64,000 nt of DNA from Candidatus Latescibacterota bacterium (lineage in GTDB: Bacteria; Latescibacterota; UBA2968). The translations under genes were made by a program, and so were the position numbers. Where the stretch lies: assembly GCA_965207885.1 (NCBI GenBank), contig OZ242311.1:1312001-1376000 (forward strand), written 5' to 3'. Positions 46,894-56,561 of this stretch are shown here, in pieces; within the stretch, counting starts at the first letter, position 1, and each line of letters begins with the position of its first letter. Below the pieces are notes generated by a model. It saw only the letters and a program-made list of their open reading frames with translations. It was not told the DNA's origin and did no database searches.

Positions 46894-48462
46894 ATGCCAG
46901 AGCGACCAAATATTTTGCTGATTATGAACGACGATATGGGCTATTCTGATATTGGATGTTACGGAGGTGAAATCCACACGCCAAATTTAGATCTACTTGC
47001 TGCCAATGGGTTGCGATTCACCCAATTTTACAACACAGCGCGGTGCTGCCCTACGCGGGCATCGCTGCTCACGGGATTGCACCCCCATCAAGCCAGTGTG
47101 GGACACATGATGGATGACCGGGAATACGAAGGGTATCGGGGCGATCTGAACTTTAAGAGCGTAACCATTGCCGAAGTACTCAAGACCGTGGGATATGCGA
47201 CCTATATGAGCGGCAAATGGCATATTACGCGGCATACAGATGCAGACGGTCCCAAACACAGTTGGCCCTGTCAGCGCGGATTTGATCGCTTTTTTGGCAT
47301 CATTACCGGTGCCGCCAATTATTGGAAGCCACAAACACTCACACGAGACAACGAGCAAATTACAGTGGATGAATTTCCAGAGGATTTCTTTTTGACCGAC
47401 GCCATCAGCGATCAGGCAGCGGATTATATCCGCGAACACGCGCAGACAAACGGAGATCAGCCATTCTTTTTATATACCGCATATACCGCACCCCATTGGC
47501 CCCTGCACGCGCATGATGAAGATATTGCAAAATACAAAGACCGTTTTGCCGCGGGATGGGATCAACTGCGCGAAGAGCGTTTGGCGCGCATGCGCGAAAT
47601 GGGCATCTTGAAACCCGAATGGGGACTGAGCGACCGCGACCCTTCTCAAGTGCCCTGGGAAGAAGCCGATCACAAGGCGTGGCAGCAACGGCGCATGGAA
47701 GTCTATGCCGCACAAGTCGATCGCATGGATCAGGGCATTGGGCGCATCGTCCAATCCCTCGAAGAGACCGGGCAACTGGACAACACCCTGATCGTATTTT
47801 TAGCCGACAATGGGGGATGTGCCGAAGAGCTGGGAGGCGGCATGAGACGCAGCGCGATTGCACCGGCCACCACGCGCAATGGACGGCCAGTCCAACGCGG
47901 CAACGATCCAAACATCATGCCGGGTGACGAAACCACGTACCAGAGCTACGGCGTACCCTGGGCCAATGTATCCAACACGCCATTTCGCCTGTACAAGCAC
48001 TGGGTTCACGAAGGCGGCATTGCAACGCCCTTTATCGTACACTGGCCCGCTCATGTAACAGATCACGGCACATTGCGCGAGCAACCCGGCCAGCTTACCG
48101 ATGTCATGGCAACCTGTCTCGATATATCGGGCGCCGAGTATCCCGAGACCTATAATGGACACGAGATTTTGCCACTCGAAGGTACATCGCTGACACCGAT
48201 CTTTGATAACCAGGACAACGGCAAAGAATATCTGATCTGGGAACACGAAGGCAATGGCGCAGTTCGCAAAGGCAAGTGGAAACTGGTCAAGCGCTACCCG
48301 GGCGATTGGGAGCTATACGATATTGAAGCCGACAGATCGGAACTCGACGATCTGGCAAATGACAATCCCGATGTCGTATCCGAACTCGCGGCAATTTACG
48401 ACGCCTGGGCAGAGCGTTGTGGGATTGAGCCCTGGGCCAATATCCTCGCAAAGCGCGGGTAA
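46894..48462 (+). CDS. Arylsulfatase (FGly-dependent)
   Basis: DDMGYSD, CCPTRASLLTG, GKWH, YTAPHWP. Confidence 0.92.
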   Translation: MPERPNILLIMNDDMGYSDIGCYGGEIHTPNLDLLAANGLRFTQFYNTARCCPTRASLLTGLHPHQASVGHMMDDREYEGYRGDLNFKSVTIAEVLKTVGYATYMSGKWHITRHTDADGPKHSWPCQRGFDRFFGIITGAANYWKPQTLTRDNEQITVDEFPEDFFLTDAISDQAADYIREHAQTNGDQPFFLYTAYTAPHWPLHAHDEDIAKYKDRFAAGWDQLREERLARMREMGILKPEWGLSDRDPSQVPWEEADHKAWQQRRMEVYAAQVDRMDQGIGRIVQSLEETGQLDNTLIVFLADNGGCAEELGGGMRRSAIAPATTRNGRPVQRGNDPNIMPGDETTYQSYGVPWANVSNTPFRLYKHWVHEGGIATPFIVHWPAHVTDHGTLREQPGQLTDVMATCLDISGAEYPETYNGHEILPLEGTSLTPIFDNQDNGKEYLIWEHEGNGAVRKGKWKLVKRYPGDWELYDIEADRSELDDLANDNPDVVSELAAIYDAWAERCGIEPWANILAKRG

Positions 48463-48479
48463 GTAAAAAGGAAAAAACC

Positions 48480-49235
48480 ATGACACCGACAGATATCACA
48501 GATGAAATGCTGGCAACATACCGGCGCGATGGCGTCATAAAAATCCCGCAGATCATCTCACCGGATGAAGTTGCAAAATTTCGTCAGGCATCTCTGGATA
48601 TACTGGAAGCCATGCCAAAAGATCCAAACCGTCCATTTAACCAAAAAGTGAATGTATGGCGAGAAGACGAAGTATTGCGAAACTTGACGCAACACCCAAA
48701 TGTCGGCGCAGTCGCAGAAAAAATTGCGGACGTGCGATTGCGGATCTGGCACGATCACATCCTGGCAAAAATGCCAGAACTCGAAGTACCGACAGCATTC
48801 CATCAAGACCTGGTGAAATGGCCCTATGATCGCAATTCCAATGCCCTATCGGCGTGGATCGCGCTACAGGATACCCCCGTAGAAATGGGATGCATGTCAT
48901 TTGTACAGGGATCGCACGAAATGAAAGACATACCGGACATGGCGACAAATAACCAGGAGGGATGGCGGGAATTCGCACCGGAAATCGCGTGGCGCACCAG
49001 GGTAACGCACCCGCTTCAGGCGGGGGATTGCACATTTCATCACGGAATGACATTTCACACCGCGGGACCGAATCAGACAGATAATTGGCGGGTGGGATAC
49101 GTGATAATTTTCGTCGATGCAGCAGCAAAATACACCGGCAAAAAACATGTCGTCACAGATCCCCTGGAATTGGCACCCGATACATTGCCGCCAGATGATC
49201 ATTTTCCACCCGTAGTGAAATTTTATGGAGACTGA
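48480..49235 (+). CDS. Phytanoyl-CoA dioxygenase (PhyH) family
   Basis: FHQD, WIALQD..VEMGCM..V.GSH, FHHGMTFH. Confidence 0.88.
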   Translation: MTPTDITDEMLATYRRDGVIKIPQIISPDEVAKFRQASLDILEAMPKDPNRPFNQKVNVWREDEVLRNLTQHPNVGAVAEKIADVRLRIWHDHILAKMPELEVPTAFHQDLVKWPYDRNSNALSAWIALQDTPVEMGCMSFVQGSHEMKDIPDMATNNQEGWREFAPEIAWRTRVTHPLQAGDCTFHHGMTFHTAGPNQTDNWRVGYVIIFVDAAAKYTGKKHVVTDPLELAPDTLPPDDHFPPVVKFYGD

Positions 49236-49238
49236 AAA

Positions 49239-50657
49239 ATGAGCACCCCCAACATAATTTTAATGATGTGCGACGACCTGGGATATGGCGACGTGGGATT
49301 TAACGGGAACGAAGTAATCAAAACGCCAAATTTAGACCGCCTGGCGAGCAATGGGATTCGGTTCACGCGATTTTATGCGGGAGGACCAGTGTGTTCCCCA
49401 ACGCGGGGAACGTGTTTGACCGGGCGACACTATTTTCGATATGGCGTAACACATGCCAATCGCGGACACTTGCCCACACAGGAAATAACACTGGCACGAA
49501 TGTTAAAATCCTTCGGCTATGCGACCGGACACTTTGGCAAATGGCATCTGGGAACCCTGGACCCGAATTATTCGGGCAAACCCAATCGCAATCCAGCGCG
49601 CAATTACGCCCCACCCTGGGATCGGGATTACGATGCGTCTTTTGCCACGGAATACGCGGTTCCCACCTGGGATCCAGCAGTAGATATTAACCAGAGATCC
49701 GGAAAGCGTTTGGACCGTCCCTGGGCCTCTCCGTACTACGAAAATGGAAAACTGGCAACGGAAAATCTGGAAGGATGCGACTCCCGGGTATTGATGGATC
49801 GCGCAATACCATTTATCGAACAAGCTGTTGAAAATGGTGAGCAATTCCTTACGACAATCTGGTTTCACGCACCCCACAGCCCCGTCGTTGCCGGACCGGA
49901 ATATCGCGCAATGTACGCCGAATACAGCGAAGATGAGCAGCACTATTACGGCTGTATCACCGCCATAGACGATCAGGTGGGGCGGTTGTATCACGCATTG
50001 GAAGCATGGGGCGTAGCCGACAACACCATGATCTGGTTCTGTTCGGACAACGGCCCCGAAGGCCGCACAGGTCAAAGTGGCCGCAGCCGGGGATCAACAG
50101 GCGGATTACGTGGACGCAAACGATCTTTGTTTGACGGCGGCGTGGGCGTACCCGCGCTATTGCACTGGCCAGGTCATGCAGAACCCGGGCGCACAGTGGA
50201 AATGCCGTGCAGCACACTGGATTACTTCCCCACAATCGCCGAGGTCATGGGATATGAAATGCCCGATAATCGCCCCATTGACGGCATCAGTCTCCTGCCC
50301 GTGATTGAAGGAAACATGACAGAACGTCCCGTTCCCATTCCATATCGATTCAACAGCGGAAAAAACTCAATGTTTGGCGCCCCGACCATCTCAAGGATCG
50401 ACAATCGCTATAAATGCCTGACCAATTTATCGAGCGACGGCAGTGAAGATCTGTGTTTTGACATGATTGAAGACCGCGCAGAAACGATCAATTTGGCGAA
50501 CGAGCAACGCGAGCGGATGGGACAAACCCGCGAGACCCTGCGCCAATGGCTCCGCTCCTGCGAAGCCAGCCACAACGGTGGGGATTACGACGAGGCTTAT
50601 GAACCCGTCGCGCCATTTGAAGAAGTCACCGGAGACTGGCCTGGAAGAAGAAATTAG
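49239..50657 (+). CDS. Sulfatase (FGly-dependent)
   Basis: DDLGYGD, CSPTRGTCLTG, GKWHLG, SDNG. Confidence 0.92.
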   Translation: MSTPNIILMMCDDLGYGDVGFNGNEVIKTPNLDRLASNGIRFTRFYAGGPVCSPTRGTCLTGRHYFRYGVTHANRGHLPTQEITLARMLKSFGYATGHFGKWHLGTLDPNYSGKPNRNPARNYAPPWDRDYDASFATEYAVPTWDPAVDINQRSGKRLDRPWASPYYENGKLATENLEGCDSRVLMDRAIPFIEQAVENGEQFLTTIWFHAPHSPVVAGPEYRAMYAEYSEDEQHYYGCITAIDDQVGRLYHALEAWGVADNTMIWFCSDNGPEGRTGQSGRSRGSTGGLRGRKRSLFDGGVGVPALLHWPGHAEPGRTVEMPCSTLDYFPTIAEVMGYEMPDNRPIDGISLLPVIEGNMTERPVPIPYRFNSGKNSMFGAPTISRIDNRYKCLTNLSSDGSEDLCFDMIEDRAETINLANEQRERMGQTRETLRQWLRSCEASHNGGDYDEAYEPVAPFEEVTGDWPGRRN

Positions 50658-50666
50658 AGGTATTGA

Positions 50667-51905
50667 ATGGCAACTCAATTTGGCGATGAACGCGATTGGT
50701 TTTTGGAAAAGCGATTTGGTATGTTCGTCCACTGGGGAATTTACGCAATCCCCGGATGGCAAGAACAGCATCAATGGCGCGGACGCATGCCCGCAAATGA
50801 ATACGTGAAATTAGCCGAGCAGTGGAATCCCACAAACTTCAATCCCGACGCGTGGTTAGATCTCGCAGAAGAAGCCGAGATGCAATACATCATCGTCACA
50901 ACCAAACACCACGATGGATTCTGCTTGTGGGATACAGCGCACACGGCATTCAACACAATGAATACGCCGTACGGAAAAGACCTGATGGCAATGCTCGCCG
51001 ATGCGTGTCACAAGCGCAACTTCCCCCTGGGCTTTTATTATTCAATTGCCGACTGGCACCACTCCAATTACCCCAATCAGGGACGACATCACGAACTGCC
51101 CCAACCCAAGCCTGGAGATGATCCCGACTTGATGAAATACCTCGAATTTCTGAAGGCGCAGGTATGGGAATTGTGTACCCATTACGGAAAATTGCACGCA
51201 TTCTGGTGGGATATGAACGTGGATGAACACTTCGATCCATCTATCAACGCGATGATTCGGTCGCTACAACCCGCGGCAGTAATCAACAATCGGGGATTTG
51301 ACCCCGGTGATTTTGGAACGCCCGAGCGCGATCATGTGCAAGGCATAGATACCCAGCAGTCATTTGATCGACTGACCGAAGCGTGTCAGTCCGTGGGAAT
51401 TGAAAGCTGGGGCTATCGGGTAGATGAGGATTATTATACAGATCGCCATTTGATACGGAGCATTGATCGGTATCTCGCGCGCGACGCAAACTACTTACTC
51501 AACGTAGGCCCCAAACCCGACGGCACAATTCCAGACGCATCCAGAGGCATCTTGAAACGCATAGGAAAATGGTATCGCGCAGTAGAAGAAGCGGTCAAAG
51601 ACGTAGAACCCGCGTCGCACTTAACGCGCAATCGCGATATACTATTAACGCGCCGGGACAATGTGATCTACGTACACCTGGTAAACGACCCGCGAACAAG
51701 CGGCGTAAAACTCGACCCAATCGCAATCGCACCAAAGAAAGCGACCCTGCTAAACACAGGTGAACCTGTGGATTTTACCGTGGATCTGGTACCGACCAAT
51801 CACATAGAACACAAACCCTATTTGAGGTTACAGAACTTGCCAGTAAATGAACTGGTCAATACCGTAATAGTAGTAAAACTCGAATTTGACGAAGTAATTG
51901 AATAA
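50667..51905 (+). CDS. Alpha-L-fucosidase (GH29)
   Basis: FGMFVHWGIY, TTKHHDGFCLW, WWD, NYLLNVGP. Confidence 0.9.
   Translation: MATQFGDERDWFLEKRFGMFVHWGIYAIPGWQEQHQWRGRMPANEYVKLAEQWNPTNFNPDAWLDLAEEAEMQYIIVTTKHHDGFCLWDTAHTAFNTMNTPYGKDLMAMLADACHKRNFPLGFYYSIADWHHSNYPNQGRHHELPQPKPGDDPDLMKYLEFLKAQVWELCTHYGKLHAFWWDMNVDEHFDPSINAMIRSLQPAAVINNRGFDPGDFGTPERDHVQGIDTQQSFDRLTEACQSVGIESWGYRVDEDYYTDRHLIRSIDRYLARDANYLLNVGPKPDGTIPDASRGILKRIGKWYRAVEEAVKDVEPASHLTRNRDILLTRRDNVIYVHLVNDPRTSGVKLDPIAIAPKKATLLNTGEPVDFTVDLVPTNHIEHKPYLRLQNLPVNELVNTVIVVKLEFDEVIE
50679..50707 (+). repeat. 29-bp direct repeat, copy A
   Basis: TTTGGCGATGAACGCGATTGGTTTTTGGA, 28/29 identical to 52042-52070. Confidence 0.75.
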
Positions 51906-52021
51906 AGTGCAAGGTGGGATGACTTAGGTGTATTGCGGGTGAGCAAGGACTTGATATAACTCAGAACTTCCTCGGCAATATGTATTAAAAAAGAAGAGCA
52001 GTTTGTGCGTCCAATCTATTT

Positions 52022-52040
52022 GTGCAACCAACGGTTGCAC
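52022..52040. promoter_or_regulatory. Perfect inverted repeat, putative operator
   Basis: GTGCAACC-aac-GGTTGCAC. Confidence 0.4.
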
Positions 52041-52041
52041 T

Positions 52042-52070
52042 TTTGGCGATGAACGCGATTTGTTTTTGGA
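52042..52070 (+). repeat. 29-bp direct repeat, copy B
   Basis: TTTGGCGATGAACGCGATTTGTTTTTGGA. Confidence 0.75.
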
Positions 52071-52077
52071 GAAAATC

Positions 52078-52800
52078 ATGTTTGGCGACATTCGAAATAA
52101 AAACGGTGAAAAATTGGATTATGCTTTTCATAGTGGAAATGCCGAAAGCAAACACATCGTAGTCTTAGGCCATGGCGTAACCGGCAACAAAGACAGGCCA
52201 TTTCTGGTCGCGCTGGCACATGCACTGGAAGCCGAAGGACTCAACGTCCTGCGTTTCTCTTTCGCAGGTAATGGAAACTCAGAAGGTCGGTTTGAGGACG
52301 CAACCATAACAAAAGAAGTAGAAGACCTGGGTTCAGTCCTGGATGCCCTAAATGGACATACAATTTGTTATGCCGGGCACAGTATGGGAGGTGCCGTAGG
52401 CGTATTGCGGGCGAGCACAGATACGCGCATTCAACATCTCATCTCGTTGGCAGGCATGGTAGATACAAAGGGATTTGCGCAGCGCGAATTTGGAGATGTC
52501 ACCCCCGACAAAGGCAACATGTGGGATGACCCGGATTGCCCGCTATCCAGCGCGTATATGGATGACCTGACAGCGATTGACACAGTAGTAGATCGCGCGT
52601 CTCAAATCTCGGTCCCGTGGTTGCTCGTACACGGCACAGAAGACGATGTAGTGCCCCTTGAAGACTCCCAGACAATATTCGAGCAAGCCAACGAACCAAA
52701 AGAACTGGTAGTACTACCCGGTGCAGATCACGTATTCAGCGATGACGCAACCCCCGCCATGATACAGGCCGTTATAAATTGGATTGCAAAACAGGAGTAA
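52078..52800 (+). CDS. Alpha/beta hydrolase
   Basis: HGVTG, GHSMGG, HGTEDDVVP, GADH. Confidence 0.88.
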   Translation: MFGDIRNKNGEKLDYAFHSGNAESKHIVVLGHGVTGNKDRPFLVALAHALEAEGLNVLRFSFAGNGNSEGRFEDATITKEVEDLGSVLDALNGHTICYAGHSMGGAVGVLRASTDTRIQHLISLAGMVDTKGFAQREFGDVTPDKGNMWDDPDCPLSSAYMDDLTAIDTVVDRASQISVPWLLVHGTEDDVVPLEDSQTIFEQANEPKELVVLPGADHVFSDDATPAMIQAVINWIAKQE

Positions 52801-52802
52801 TA

Positions 52803-53840
52803 ATGTCTTCTAAAACATACCGAGCCGCGGTAATCGGCCTGGGAATGATCGGCGGAGCAGATCAAGTCTCAGGAGATGTATTGGGTCAGCGCGTGGACAG
52901 TATGGACGGCACGCATACTTTTGCGTATCAAAACCATCCGCGTATCGATCTCGTGGCCGGATCAAGCCGCGACCAGGGGCGGCGCGAGCGCTATGAAGCG
53001 CGCACGGGTGCTGTAACTTATGAGAGTTGGCACACAATGATCGCCAACGAAACACTCGATATCGTCAGCATAGCGACCTACACCCCTACCCACGCGGAAA
53101 TTGCCATAGCCTGTGCCGAACGTGGAATTCCCGTCATCTACTGCGAAAAACCCGCGGCAACCACGGTGGTAGATGCCCAGCGCATGCTCGAAGCACAAAA
53201 ACACGGATTATTGGTCTTCAACCATCAGCGAAGATTTGATCCCAATTACCGCCGGCTCAGCGCGCTAATTGCCGAAGGAAAACTGGGCACACTTATTTCC
53301 GCTTCTCTCCAATGGCCGACGGGGCGATTGGGCAATGTGGGAACCCATGCGATTGATGCCCTCTTGATGCTCACCGGGCATCGCGTCCAATCAGTCTCTG
53401 CAACGCTTGATCTGGCTGGAAAGCCAGATTGTCGCGGCGATGAATTTCGCGATCCCGGAGGATGGGGCGTCATGCGTATGAACGATGGGCTAATGGTTAC
53501 AGTGAGCGCACCCGATTATTCCACCGCACCGCCGCGCACGGAAATTAACGGACATAAGGGACGGGCAATTATCGAGGCAAAAGGCATCACACTCGAATAC
53601 TGGACTGGTGAGACAGAACATTGGCCGCCCCATAAGGATAGTGTTTCAGGGATGGACCGCGCCGTATCGGAAATCGTCGCCTGCCTAGACGATCGCGTCC
53701 CATTTTCTTATAACCCGGAAGAAGCTGTCCATACACTCGAAGCCATTGTCGCTTTCCACGCTTCTCATAACAAAAACGCAGCCTATGTTGATCTACCCCT
53801 ATCGGGCAGTGACCGCGAGATAGTTGTGTTAAGTGGATAG
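52803..53840 (+). CDS. Gfo/Idh/MocA oxidoreductase
   Basis: GLGMIG, CEKP, NHQRRF, GTHAID. Confidence 0.88.
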   Translation: MSSKTYRAAVIGLGMIGGADQVSGDVLGQRVDSMDGTHTFAYQNHPRIDLVAGSSRDQGRRERYEARTGAVTYESWHTMIANETLDIVSIATYTPTHAEIAIACAERGIPVIYCEKPAATTVVDAQRMLEAQKHGLLVFNHQRRFDPNYRRLSALIAEGKLGTLISASLQWPTGRLGNVGTHAIDALLMLTGHRVQSVSATLDLAGKPDCRGDEFRDPGGWGVMRMNDGLMVTVSAPDYSTAPPRTEINGHKGRAIIEAKGITLEYWTGETEHWPPHKDSVSGMDRAVSEIVACLDDRVPFSYNPEEAVHTLEAIVAFHASHNKNAAYVDLPLSGSDREIVVLSG

Positions 53841-53908
53841 AGATAGCTGTTGTATGAATTAATATGAATTAAATAGTAGGAGCACAGCAGGGATAAAACG
53901 GAGGTGCC

Positions 53909-54103
53909 ATGAAATTTACACGTATTACAACTGATCCCAACGTATTTGGCGGTAAGCCTTGTATTCGAGGGATGCGCTTTCCCGTGTCGCGTCTTTTGGG
54001 ACTTCTGGCATCTCACGAAACCGAAGAAACCATACTCAAGGCATATCCCTATTTAGAGGCAGAAGACATACACGAGGCATTGCAATATGCAGCTTTTAAA
54101 TGA
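53909..54103 (+). CDS. DUF433 protein (solo antitoxin-like)
   Basis: RITTDPNVFGGKPCIRGMRFPV...YPYLEAEDI. No toxin gene follows. Confidence 0.8.
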   Translation: MKFTRITTDPNVFGGKPCIRGMRFPVSRLLGLLASHETEETILKAYPYLEAEDIHEALQYAAFK

Positions 54104-54116
54104 ATGAAAGGAATAT

Positions 54117-55298
54117 ATGCCAATCATTGGAACACCGCTTTCACCCACCGCAACCAAGGTACTCATGTGTGGCTCTGGCGAATTGGGAAAAGAAGTTGTC
54201 ATTGAACTCCAGCGCTATGGCGTTGAAGTAATCGCCGTAGATCGCTACGCCAATGCGCCCGCGATGCAAGTAGCACACCGGTCGCACGTCATTACCATGC
54301 TGGATGGAGCTGCCCTGCGCGAAGTCATAGAAAAAGAACAGCCCGACTTAATCGTGCCCGAAATTGAAGCAATCGCCACAGACACACTCGTCGAATTGGA
54401 AAAAGAAAGATTCACAGTAATCCCAACAGCCAGAGCGGCCCGACTGACAATGAATCGCGAGGGCATTCGCAGATTAGCTGCCGAAGAACTGGGCCTAAAG
54501 ACCTCGCCTTACCGGTTTGCGTCGAATTTGGAAGAATACCGCGCAGCAGTTCGGGAAATCGGCGTACCGTGCGTCATAAAGCCAACCATGAGTTCATCGG
54601 GCAAAGGGCAAAGCACCGTAAAAAATATGGCAGACGCCGAAAAATCGTGGACCTATGCACAGGAAGGAGCGCGCGGAGGTGCAGATGCGGTCATCGTGGA
54701 AGGCTTTGTGGATTTTGATTATGAAATTACGCTATTGACCCTGCGCCACGAAGGAGGCACGAGTTTTTGCGCGCCAATAGGGCATCGACAGGTAGATGGC
54801 GACTATCACGAATCGTGGCAACCACAGCCAATGAGCGAGGCCGCACTTGCAGAATCACAACGGATGGGCAAAGCAATCACCGACGCGCTGGGCGGCCGCG
54901 GCATATTTGGCGTGGAATTATTCGTAAAAGGCGACGACATCTACTTCAGCGAAGTATCACCCCGACCACACGACACGGGCATGGTAACCATGATATCACA
55001 AGACCTGTCTGAATTTGCCCTGCATGCGCGGGCAATCCTGGGATTGCCAGTGCCAAACATCAAACACCACGGTCCCTCTGCCTCGCATGTAATCCTGGTA
55101 GAAGGACATTCGCAACAGGTGCAATTCGGCAACCTGAGCGCAGCACTCACCAAACCCGATACAGAAATCCGCTTATTTGGCAAACCCGAAGTACAGGGAG
55201 AACGGCGAATGGGAGTCGTCCTTGCAAGAGGCGCGTCATTGGAAGAAGCGCGCGAAAAGGCAAAAGCGGGAGCAAAGGCGGTCAGTATCGCACTTTGA
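54117..55298 (+). CDS. purT: Formate-dependent GAR transformylase
   Basis: [42 protein letters not shown]. Confidence 0.96.
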   Translation: MPIIGTPLSPTATKVLMCGSGELGKEVVIELQRYGVEVIAVDRYANAPAMQVAHRSHVITMLDGAALREVIEKEQPDLIVPEIEAIATDTLVELEKERFTVIPTARAARLTMNREGIRRLAAEELGLKTSPYRFASNLEEYRAAVREIGVPCVIKPTMSSSGKGQSTVKNMADAEKSWTYAQEGARGGADAVIVEGFVDFDYEITLLTLRHEGGTSFCAPIGHRQVDGDYHESWQPQPMSEAALAESQRMGKAITDALGGRGIFGVELFVKGDDIYFSEVSPRPHDTGMVTMISQDLSEFALHARAILGLPVPNIKHHGPSASHVILVEGHSQQVQFGNLSAALTKPDTEIRLFGKPEVQGERRMGVVLARGASLEEAREKAKAGAKAVSIAL

Positions 55299-55319
55299 GA
55301 AAATCTCTTATGATGTATT

Positions 55320-56517
55320 CATAGTACACGACAAAAAATAAAAGACCTGTGAAAAAAGCTAAAAAGAGTTAGGTTTGAATGTCCCAAGACAAACCTTTCT
55401 CATCTTAACAAGGCACAGGTCTATGTCTCCTGAAACTATTGAACTTCAAACGATTATGCAAGGATATTTTCACTGGCATAAAGCCCGAATAACGTTTACC
55501 GCTGCGTTCATATTGTCGCTGATAAAATTGCGTAGCGTCAATTTTATGAAACTGGCAAACGCACTCAATGGAACCGTCAAGCAGAAATCTAATTATCGTC
55601 GTATCCAACGCTTCTTTGCCCACTTTGCCTTACCCTATGCGTGTGTGAGACAATTGATCTTGCACTTATTACCTATAAAGTCGGATTTTATAGTCTCAAT
55701 AGATCGCACCAATTGGAAGTTGGGAAAATTCAATATCAACATCCTAACCGCAGGCATTATCTATGAAGGGGTCGCCTTTCCTATCTGTTGGCACTTGTTA
55801 AAAAAACGGGGCAATTCCAATAGTGATGAGCGTATCCATTTGATGCAAGAAATGCTCAACTGCATCTGCAAATCGCATATCCGCGTTGTCGTCGCAGACA
55901 GAGAATTTATTGGAAGAGAATGGTTTAGGTGGTTAGACACACAAAATATACCCTTTGTTATTCGCATCAAGGAAAACGCTCTTGTCTCATCAGGCGGTAG
56001 AGAGATCCCCATAAGAAAACGGTTTGAAAATCTTAATATCCATCAGCAGGTCAACTTGTGCAAACGCCACCGCGTTTATGACCTGCCTGTATATCTGTCT
56101 GCACTAAGATTGAAGGACCAATACCTCATTCTTGCCAGCAACCAAAAAGGTCAAGCCGCATTGGATACCTATAAAAAACGATGGGGCATTGAAGTCCTTT
56201 TTGCCAATCTTAAAAGTCGAGGATTTAATCTGGAAGAGACCCATCTTATACATCAAGACCGCATTGAGAAACTCATCGCGCTTTTGGCCATTGCCTGCAT
56301 CTGGGCGCATATCATCGGCGAATGGATAGCAAAAACAAATCCTTTGACGATCAAAAATCACGGGCGGATGGAGAAAAGTCTCTTCCGATATGGGTTGGAC
56401 TATTTGCAGTATGTCCTGCTCAATATAAACCAACAAACCCAACAGTTCCTCATATGCATTCGTTTACTGAGTAATCCGCCACTGTTTAAAACAATTTAAG
56501 TTTTGTCGTGTACCATG
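55320..56517 (+). mobile_element. IS4-family insertion sequence, copy 2 (1,198 bp)
   Basis: Same TIRs as copy 1. 8-bp TSD GATGTATT at 55312-55319 and 56518-56525. The transposase and shadow ORFs are identical to copy 1. Confidence 0.92.
55423..56499 (+). CDS. IS4-family DDE transposase
   Basis: Identical protein to copy 1. Confidence 0.92.
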   Translation: MSPETIELQTIMQGYFHWHKARITFTAAFILSLIKLRSVNFMKLANALNGTVKQKSNYRRIQRFFAHFALPYACVRQLILHLLPIKSDFIVSIDRTNWKLGKFNINILTAGIIYEGVAFPICWHLLKKRGNSNSDERIHLMQEMLNCICKSHIRVVVADREFIGREWFRWLDTQNIPFVIRIKENALVSSGGREIPIRKRFENLNIHQQVNLCKRHRVYDLPVYLSALRLKDQYLILASNQKGQAALDTYKKRWGIEVLFANLKSRGFNLEETHLIHQDRIEKLIALLAIACIWAHIIGEWIAKTNPLTIKNHGRMEKSLFRYGLDYLQYVLLNINQQTQQFLICIRLLSNPPLFKTI

Positions 56518-56527
56518 GATGTATTAT

Positions 56528-56559
56528 AAAACTGCCGTGCTTATTGCGCGGCAGTTTTT
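56528..56559. terminator. Probably bidirectional intrinsic terminator
   Basis: AAAACTGCCGTGC-ttatt-GCGCGGCAGTTTTT, between convergent genes. Confidence 0.7.
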
Positions 56560-56561
56560 GT

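Noticed and set aside
51906-51990. Minus-strand IHIAEEVLSYIKSLL as a HEPN toxin remnant
   Set aside because: A single amphipathic helix with no start codon or catalytic motif is too weak to call.
17105-56517. Composite transposon or inversion bounded by the two inverted IS copies
   Set aside because: Each copy has its own matching TSD, so they are independent insertions with no flank exchange. The enclosed DNA includes core housekeeping genes.
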